In this document: one piece after another, positions 55,501-64,000 of the stretch | Layout of the letters: each line of letters opens with the position of its first letter | Numbering within the stretch: the stretch's first letter is position 1 | Source of the DNA: Eledone cirrhosa | Taxonomy: Eukaryota | Assembly: GCA_964016885.1 (NCBI GenBank) | Contig: OZ024741.1 | Span: 207,018,001-207,082,000 of the forward strand | Length of the DNA stretch: 64,000 nucleotides | Direction: 5' to 3' | Notes under the pieces: generated by a model | The model's input: only the letters and a program-made list of their open reading frames with translations | What the model was told of the DNA's origin: nothing | The model's database searches: none | Position numbers and translations under genes: made by a program

Positions 55501-57345
55501 TAAGGAAATTTTCTGAACGAAATCATAAAATAAGAAATAGTTACCTTAGCAAATACGTCTTCACAGTATTGATTGAGGGGCATCCGTGTTCTATGCAGAA
55601 TGTTGAAGTCGTTTTTGCGAACCATAAGCCAAATGCATAAAATTCCATTTGTGAAATGGTTTTCCGTGGTTGAAGATGCATTAAAGTTACCGGATTACAC
55701 TTTGGTAAGTCAATGCGGTAGCCATCGTCACCAAAGGGGAACAGTAATGGACATTGGAGGGCATCATTATGCAGGATTAAGGTAAATTATTTTTTGAAGA
55801 CGCGAGTCCTGCCATTCAAGAACAATATCACGGTTTGAAGCACTCCTATTAGGACTTGTTATAAGCACCGCAACTTCATCGGTTTGGGGTCTGTTAAAGC
55901 AACCCTGATGTTGCCCTGGTGGAGCGCGGTCTACCTCGAATGACAACCTTGAATTGATTGGTGTTAGCATCTCTACGCTGAAAATCAGTTTCGAAAATGG
56001 TGACGTAGGGGTTTATGGTATGAAGCATATATTGAAGGGGCTGCAGAAGAAAAGGTATTGTTCCTTTAGCAACTGAAGCTCTTCATGCAGTTTCTTCAGG
56101 TCCGTTCCCCATAAAGTAAATCTTGAGAAAACTGTGTTCGTCGCCATCTTGTGGAATAAGGGAGCCAATTTGATGGTAAATTTGGCCTTGCACTTTGAAT
56201 GTGGTCATATAATTTCCATGTTTTATTGGTGTATGACAAAAGCTTGTCATTTGGAAAGCCGAACTGTAGGCTCTTATATTTCTAAGAAAGTGTTTAGAAT
56301 CAGGGTGGTCTCCAAGCAGCAGAGAATTCAAATGTTCGACACCGACTTTTAAATGAGGCAATATAACCGTTCCATTGGAGCAGCATATACCGGTAGATTC
56401 TGCTGGCCACATTATTGCGTTACAATGGACGCAAACAGTTGACATGCTACCAATGATGATATGTGGGTGGGATGCGTAGCCCTCTTGGAGGTTGTAATGA
56501 AAAGCCTTCTTAGACCAGTAACAGGAAGAAACCCCCGGAAAGACATGAGAAAGCATTTTCCGTTGAGAATCAGCCGCAAGACTTGTTGCCATTTGGTCAA
56601 CAGTCTCTAAAGCACGGTTATTTGAAGTAGAAGCAGCATCGCAAGACAGAGTTCTGCTTGTTCAGCAGTCTGTAATGCTCTGGCCTTCGAAGTAGAAGTA
56701 GCATTGCGAGCGAGCTGGAGTTCTGCTTGTTCAGTTGTCTGTAATGCTTTGGCGATCGAAGTAGAAGCAGTATTGCGAGCACGCCGTAGCATACATTGTT
56801 CTTCTGTCTCGCTTGCGCGCAAAGAACGCAAAGCAAAATCATCTCTTGTTTTTCTTCCAATGTGACTCTTGCTTTTTCAAGGCATTCTATGGAAAATCTG
56901 TAATTGAATAAATCTGAAACAAATCATTAACTGTCAACCAGAGACTGATATACTACAGAACCTACTGCAAATGTTCAAAGAAAATATCATTACAAACTGA
57001 CTGATCACCGAGAAGAAATTGTCAAACACAATGCTGTAAATGTTATGTATATGTCGTTAAGGAATTGTCGCTAACAGCAGCTATATTCCGTGACATCGGC
57101 AATCAAATTACTGAGTACAATACTTGTCTACCTTGTAGGTTCTAGAAGTATTACAGTTCATCAGTGCTAATTAATAAAAGAGTCTTGTAATACACAATAT
57201 ACAGCCTCTTCTAAAGTGGTTATGTTTCTTTTATAAAAACATCTCGCATCCTCCTTTTTAGCAATGTGTAAAATTTTAAGAGATCGGGTCAATAATACGC
57301 AAGTTATAATGCTTTACACACACAGACAGAACGGGACTCGAACTC
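52573..57345 (-). mobile_element. Helitron (D) with fragmented RepHel
   Basis: 3' hairpin + CTAG; QKRGLPHAH, YICKYVHKG, ASSGIAATLL, DFRQTLP, FSHGQLYVGCSRV; helicase motif I region deleted near 53957. Confidence 0.92.
55469..55544 (-). other. 76-nt GT-AG intron in Helitron D
   Basis: AAG|GTAACT...TTTCTTCCTTTTCCAG|ATT; removal restores FAKIDTER as read in Helitron B. Confidence 0.85.
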
Positions 57346-57546
57346 ATCGGAAATCTGTAATTAATAATAATAAATAATAAATCTGAAACAAATCAAATCG
57401 AAGAAATTTACCTGGTTGCTGTTTATAGGACTCCTAATGAAGATTTTGAATGCAAAGTCCCACAAGGATTAGCAAACTGGCGATATATATATATAAATAT
57501 ACCTGTAGACATATGTATGTAATTATCTATGCATGTATGTATATAT

Positions 57547-57626
<80 letters not shown>

Positions 57627-57633
<7 letters not shown>

Positions 57634-58669
57634 GTTTGGAGTTGGAAGACCAAGACAATGCAGCTATGGATATAGAATATAAATACAAATGCAAAATATA
57701 TTGTTGACAATTAGTCTTTCACCTTAAATTTATTTGAATATCCTGCCATTCCTATATCTTCTTCACCCGATATGTAGATGACATACTCATCCTTACATCA
57801 TCCCGTGGGGAAGCGGATAAAATATACACGACATTCTCCAGCATGGACGCCAGTATAAAGTTCAGCATGGAACACCTCGATGAAGGGAACATCCACACCT
57901 GCTTCTATAAAAAAGCCGCCAGTAGAGACCTGTTCGTACATTTCAGATCGGCCCTCCCAGCCGGTGCTAAGTTCTGATACATAAGGAACGAACTAACACG
58001 TATCCGAAACAAATGCACCGACACAAGAGACAGAGACACACACACCACACATTTCCTGGAAGTACTTAAACTGAACGCAAACCCGACGTCCACCGCGAAG
58101 CGTGCCAGAAACAACAGAGGACACCACACCCGAGGCACTAACACCTGCTTCCTGAAGCTCCCACACTTCAGTGACGAAACAACAACAGCCATCCGCAGAG
58201 CTATCAGACGAGAGGGACTAGATATCCAACTAGCCCACTCAAGACCTTCTCTACGCGGAGAGCTAACCAAAAAACACTCCACCAGACATGACAGCTGCTG
58301 CAGGCAGGCCAACTGCCTCATTAACGACACAGACCTATGCCACCATGCTTACGTCGTATACAGATTAGAGTGCGATAAATGCAGCAATTTCTACATAGGT
58401 AGCACCACCAGACCACTTCACATAAGAGTAAAAGAACACCTCAATACTAACGCTTCCTCATTTAAGAAACACCTAGTGAAATGCAAAAACACCGATAAAA
58501 AACATAACAATTAGGATAGAAGCTAAGGAAAGAAACCTCGGCAATCTTTGAATTAAGGAAGTACTGATTATAGACAAAACACTACCACCAATCAATAATA
58601 GACTAGAACTCAACACCCAATTTTTAACATGATAGAGCACCTAGCCCCACACTTACACCCCCCTCTCAC

Positions 58670-58700
<31 letters not shown>

Positions 58701-59240
58701 CAAACACACACACGCTTACACCTCCACTTATTATCTCTCACACACACATATACACACTCAAAGACCAGTCTTAACATGGTAGAGCATCTAGCACCCACAT
58801 TTACATATATACATATCCTCTCACACTCACACACACTCACACACACGCGCGCATACTTACGATTTCACATATTCTCCCACACACTTAAACATACATGTAC
58901 AAAACCCCTTTTAAAGGTAGACAACTCTTTATCCACCTAACATTCAATCTTTGACATTAGATATAAAATGGAATCTCTATACCATTTCCTGTCAGCATGA
59001 CTTGGCAAGCTAATTAGAACACTGGATTAACTAACCCCTTTACTTCCCTCCGAAGAAGAGATATTATCTCGAAAATTAAGGATATTCAAATAAATTTAAG
59101 GTAAAAGACTAATTGTCAATAATATATTTTGCATTTGTATTTATATTCTATATCCATACCTGCATTGTCTTGGCCTTCAAACTCCAAACGTTTATACCTC
59201 ATTACACAATGCTTCAAGTGAACTACAACTTCCTCCTATT
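57627..59240 (+). mobile_element. 5'-truncated Penelope/Poseidon-type PLE with inverted pLTR piece 57627-57744; minimal HHR 59047-59081
   Basis: RYVDDIL; VVYRLECDKCSNFYIGSTTRPLHIRVKEH; 57627-57744 matches the reverse complement of 59079-59196. Confidence 0.9.
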
Positions 59241-59264
59241 TATATATATATATATATATATATA

Positions 59265-61490
59265 TTAAAATACAAATATTAATAAAACATGTTCTTTTGA
59301 TCAATTACATTTTATTATACATATTTCAGATGTACAACAGTACGTCCTCATCAGACAAAATATAATGATACATGACATACCCTGAGATGTTAAATGGTTA
59401 AGATTTAATCAAGGTAGTGATTAACCTAAGAGAAATTTTAACATTTATACCCTAATAATGAGAACATGCGAAAACGTAATAAATTCAATAGAGAATGTGT
59501 GAGTAAGAAAAACGTTGCTTAATGTAACAGTTATAGAGATTTTAAAATGTATGATACTACAATTTATGTTTATCTAGGAAAACATCTCATGAATTATAAC
59601 AGTCAATGAGAGCCACTGGAATAGGATTTATAGAGAGGGAAAGATAAGGGGGGTGGGTAATATATGCAGAAGGAGATTTGTTCCGAAAGTTAAATGGTTA
59701 AGTTTGAAAATATTTAATTTATGCTATTTTAGGGTGAAGAATCAAGATTTTAGGGGTTTTTTTAAATTGCTGGTTATTTATATTTATTGTGTTAACATTT
59801 CTAAACTTCTGAATTTAAAGGATTTAGCTGGCCAGCGGAAAGGAAAGTTTACACTGTTGAATATTTTCTTAAATCTAAACTTTAACGAAGATAATCATTG
59901 TCAACATATTTGGTATGTAAAGCTTATGAAGTACTTATTGTTAGAAATATTTAAATAACGATTATGTATATAGATATATATTAATGAGCCAGTATATTTT
60001 AGGTAAATGATAACGAAAATAAAAATAAAATAATAGATTGAGGCATGCTAAAGTTAAATATATACCTATATATAAGAGGGTGTAAATGCATTAATTATTC
60101 ATAGTTCAAAATAAATAATAATCAAGAAATTAAGAAGTTAACTACAAATTATGTATAGAAAGATGCAGGGAGGTATATATGGATATATATTAGGTATTAG
60201 TGATACAGTATACTTTAGGTAAATGATAACGGTTATAATTTTATATAATAAAGTTCGACGTGTTATAGTTAAATACATATATATATATATAAGAAAAACA
60301 ATAATAAATGCATGGATAATTCAGAGTTCAAAATAAGGTCTATAATAATTTATAGTTTGTATATTTGCTCTATATTTGAATCATGGATATAAAAATGCAG
60401 TAGGTATATTTAAAAACGTAGAGAATATAATTACATACATATTATAAATAAGAGATCAAAAACGCATGAAAGATTCACAGTTAGAAATAAGTTCCGTAAA
60501 AATGTATGGGTTGGATATTAAACTAAAATTTAAAACTTAGATAGGAAGATAAAGATAGAGAAATAAAGAAATAATGGTATGGATCAAAGTTAATAATATT
60601 ATGTTATGTATATCAATGTTCCGGCATGTTATAGAACAAGTGTCTTTCGAGCGTTATTTCTTCTATAGATAGTTATAAGATAATGCAATATTAAAGGCCA
60701 TTAATGTTTTTCCCTGTTGATTATATACGTGTGACAACCAAGTTTTTAATGGTTTAGTGTTTCTCTCTCTTTTTTTCTCGTTTTGTGGGAGGCTAAGAAT
60801 GTGGACGTAGCTTTATGGAGGCAACTAGAGAATAATTCACTTTTTTTGTTAATTAGGGTCTCATAGTTATTAATAATCAACAGGGTCTCCATTGTACAGA
60901 GCGCGCAGTTATTTGATATACAAGAGTTGCGGTAAACTCCACAGTTTCGAAGTTTTGTCCAAAGAATGGAGTATTTTAAATTCTTCTCTGTTAATGACCA
61001 TATGAGCTGTGATAAAGATTTGGATGATTTCCTATTGGAGTTCGAGAATGAGCATTTATGTTCGCAAATCTGGATTTAAATGTAGAAGAAGTCGATCCTA
61101 TGTAGTTGTTTGTGTTGTGATCAGTTTTTACGGTGCATTTATAAACCAAATTACTATCTAGACAATTATTTTGCAAAGGGCAATCAGTTTTATTTCTACA
61201 ATTACATTTTGCTTCGGTCGCAGTTAAAACACCAATTGCAAAATTATTCTTTAACGCTTTGGACACCTCTTTCCCTACTCAACATAAATACCATTCCATT
61301 TTTAATAGACATACCATTAAATTCTCGTATTCTACAACTATGCCCAAAACATTGCCAAATTAAACACTAAAATCCTAAAACAAAACCAGCATAATGATCT
61401 TAATAATAGAGTTAACATAAATGATCCTAAACCAAAATGTAATTGTAGAAATAAAACTGATTGCCCTTTGCAAAATAATTGTCTAGATAT
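59265..61490 (-). mobile_element. Naiad-type PLE inverted arm (59265-61260) plus start of direct arm (61260-61490); HHR 59304-59366 (-)
   Basis: CNCRNKTDCPLQNNCL on both strands; YIGSTS; 12-bp stem I with G-U pairs, CTGATGA, GAAA-tatgta-TA. Confidence 0.85.
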
Positions 61491-62267
61491 CGTGTTTAAT
61501 ATTTCATATTGTCGTCTGCTTCTCTTCTCACCACATGTGGTTACTTACTGTCTCACTCTCTTTCTTTCCCCTCTCACACAGCCTCTTCTTTCTCTATCTT
61601 TATGCCAGTCCCTTCTCTCACACAGCCTTCTCGCTATCTCTCTCTCTCTCCCCTACGCTTCTTTTTTTGTTTCTTCTTTCTGTCGCTGTTTCCCTCCTAT
61701 AGACATTTCTCTCTTTATTTTTCTATCCCTCTATCTCTTCTAATCTGCACTTTCTACTTCCTTCTGTTTCTCAATGTACCGCGTTTCTGTTTATCGGAGT
61801 TATGAGTAAAAACATACACACGTATACGTACAGATATAAATATACATTTATATATTCACTTTTATTTTTATTGTTTTACTTTATAACACTCCGTTACTTA
61901 CTATTTTTACTGTATTCTAATTTTTTCATTTTCATATATATTTTTATTCTTTATCTTTATTTTTATTTTTATATATGTATCCATACCTTGTCTGACATCA
62001 TGTCTCACTATATCACACGCCCCTTACCCTTGCGCACGCTTTCAAATGTTCATGTCTGTACTTGTGTATGTGTATATTTATGTACGTCGACATATATGCA
62101 TGTATGTATGTGTGTGTACTGTGTGCGTTTAGCCCTAACTGTTTATCTTGCTTTTCTATGAGTGTGTTTTTTTGTGTTTTAGTTTTAGTCTTTTTGTTTC
62201 TTTGCCTTTTGTTAATGGTTTTGTCTTTACGTCCGTAAGTGTAAATGCTTGTTTTTATTTCATTATT

Positions 62268-62364
62268 CCGAGGTTAACTTTGCCTTTCATCCTTATAGGA
62301 TCAATAAAATAAAGTACCAGTAATACGGGTTTTCCGTTGAAGCCTTGTGCCAAAAGTAGAAACA

Positions 62365-62397
<33 letters not shown>
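62268..62397 (+). mobile_element. Truncated SINE followed by (ATT)n
   Basis: ccgaggttaactttgcctttcatcc..gccttgtgccaaaagtagaaac. Confidence 0.85.
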
Positions 62398-64000
62398 GAA
62401 GGTGAAGCCACGCTTCTTATCGTCTCCAGTTTTTTTTTCAACAGTTTACCTCGTTTTCAACCATTCTAAACGTTTCATTCAAGTTTTAAACTTGATAAAA
62501 GTTTAGAAATAGTGACCCACCTAATACAGGGGTTCGCTAGTCAATAATACCCTTTACGGGGTGTCGTATTGTGTAAAAATATTATTTGAAAAAAACAATT
62601 TATTTCAACATGAATAACGCAAGAAAGAGAGAGAGAGCGCTGTCAGACAACACAGAGAAAGAGAGACTTTGTCAACATCAACAAGACAGCATTCCAGCGA
62701 AGGTAAATTTAAAAGAAAATATTACGAAGGTAAAGAGGAACAAAGGCATTTTTAATGATATTGTTACAGATTTAAAATTACCAAATATTTCTAACACAAA
62801 CAACACCAACAACAACACCATAAATAACAACTACAACAACAAAAATAACAGCGGTAAGGTCGAGAACGACAATAAAAATGACAATAACAACAGCCACAAC
62901 AACGATAATAGTACGAACAGCATGAAGAAAAACAATAATAATAAAAACAGCCACAATAACTGCAACAACAGCAACAGTATCAACGAAAACAACAACAACA
63001 ACAACAGCAACAACTGTACCAATGAAAACTCAACAATGGCATCGATACGTGTAACAGCGGTCTCAGCAAGACCAGTAGCGGCAGCAATAGTGGTGCCGCT
63101 GAAAAAGAGACCACTTCTTTAGCAGGTGTCGCCCGAAATATCGAAACAGTGTTAGTCACAGAGCAGGAGATGGCAGTCGCAAGGGCCATGGTGACAAGAA
63201 ACGCCAATAGAGTTTCCCTGAAACCCCCACCCGATTTTTTCAAGGACCAACAGCTACGGACGGTGACTTACCGCACCGTAAGCAAAATGTCACATCGGGT
63301 GGAGAGAGCCACGGATGCTCAAATTCCAAAGGCCTTGGGGTGCGTCTGTGCGGGCAAACCCACATCAGAGGCAGAAAGTACGCCACAGTTGACGTACTTT
63401 TCGCCAGCCCCAAGAAGCGAAGTCTCACTCTTTGGAAACCCTAAAGTGTGAGGAGATAGTCTTGGTGCCCTCTTACTGCGGGCAGAAAATTGTGAGGGTC
63501 AAAGTGACCCTTGTCCCACCCGACGGGCCCATACCGTGGCTGGCCGCGTCTGTCCTTGGTGGAATCGAGGACAGGACGACCATGCTGAAAGGAGAAAAAA
63601 TAGGGAGACAGAACTGGTCAGGTATAGGCATGCAAATGCTTATACAAACTGACCAGGGTGTATCGACGCTATCCCCGACGCTATCTCCGATATCATAGAC
63701 AACTTCCTATAAGCGTGGAAGGAAGACGGCCAAAATGTTATCTCTGTGGGTCAAAGGGTCACTCCAGGGCCTTTTGCCCGCAGAAGAAGGCCCCTCTCCT
63801 TCCAATACCTGGTCCGCTGCTACCAGGTCAGGAAACAAACGCAGAAGCCCTTCCACGGTGAGTAGGAGGGCAAGGTCCGTGGCACCCATACCAAGGCCAC
63901 ACACAACTAAAGCAGCAGCATCAGTGGCGGCAACACCAGTAGCTACATTTGCAGTAGCACTACTAACACCACCAACAGCTGTGGAGCACATACACCTCCC
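62398..64000 (+). mobile_element. LINE ORF1 region (zinc knuckle), related to the 34-36 kb element; runs off window
   Basis: Asn-rich N-terminus; EGRRPKCYLCGSKGHSRAFC; disrupted. Confidence 0.7.

Noticed and set aside
57125-57170. Minus-strand CTGATGA..GAAC as HHR
   Set aside because: No GAAA and no convincing stems I or II

Overview
AT-rich, microsatellite-dense animal DNA with no recognisable host gene. The SINE family and (TA)n/(CA)n density suggest an octopus-like mollusc (inference). The window is a nested pile of decayed mobile elements: several Penelope-like elements (PLEs, mostly Naiad-type RT+GIY-YIG), four Helitrons, RTE, Tx1/L1-like and CRE-like LINE remnants, a hATm-like transposase relic, a MITE and tRNA-derived SINEs. 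Most ORF-track entries are microsatellite translations. The main signal is RNA structure. Reading by eye gives over 20 type I hammerhead ribozyme (HHR) motifs from more than 10 families. These include two tandem arrays of a 430-440 bp non-coding unit with one minimal HHR and an upstream octamer per unit (retrozyme-like), plus other small HHR-bearing non-autonomous elements. Unrelated Naiad-type families also share a covarying RCTC..GAGY hairpin that marks where inverted arms end. One Helitron copy lacks, to the base, a 76-nt GT-AG intron present in its relative. All alignments and folds are manual; no searches were run.
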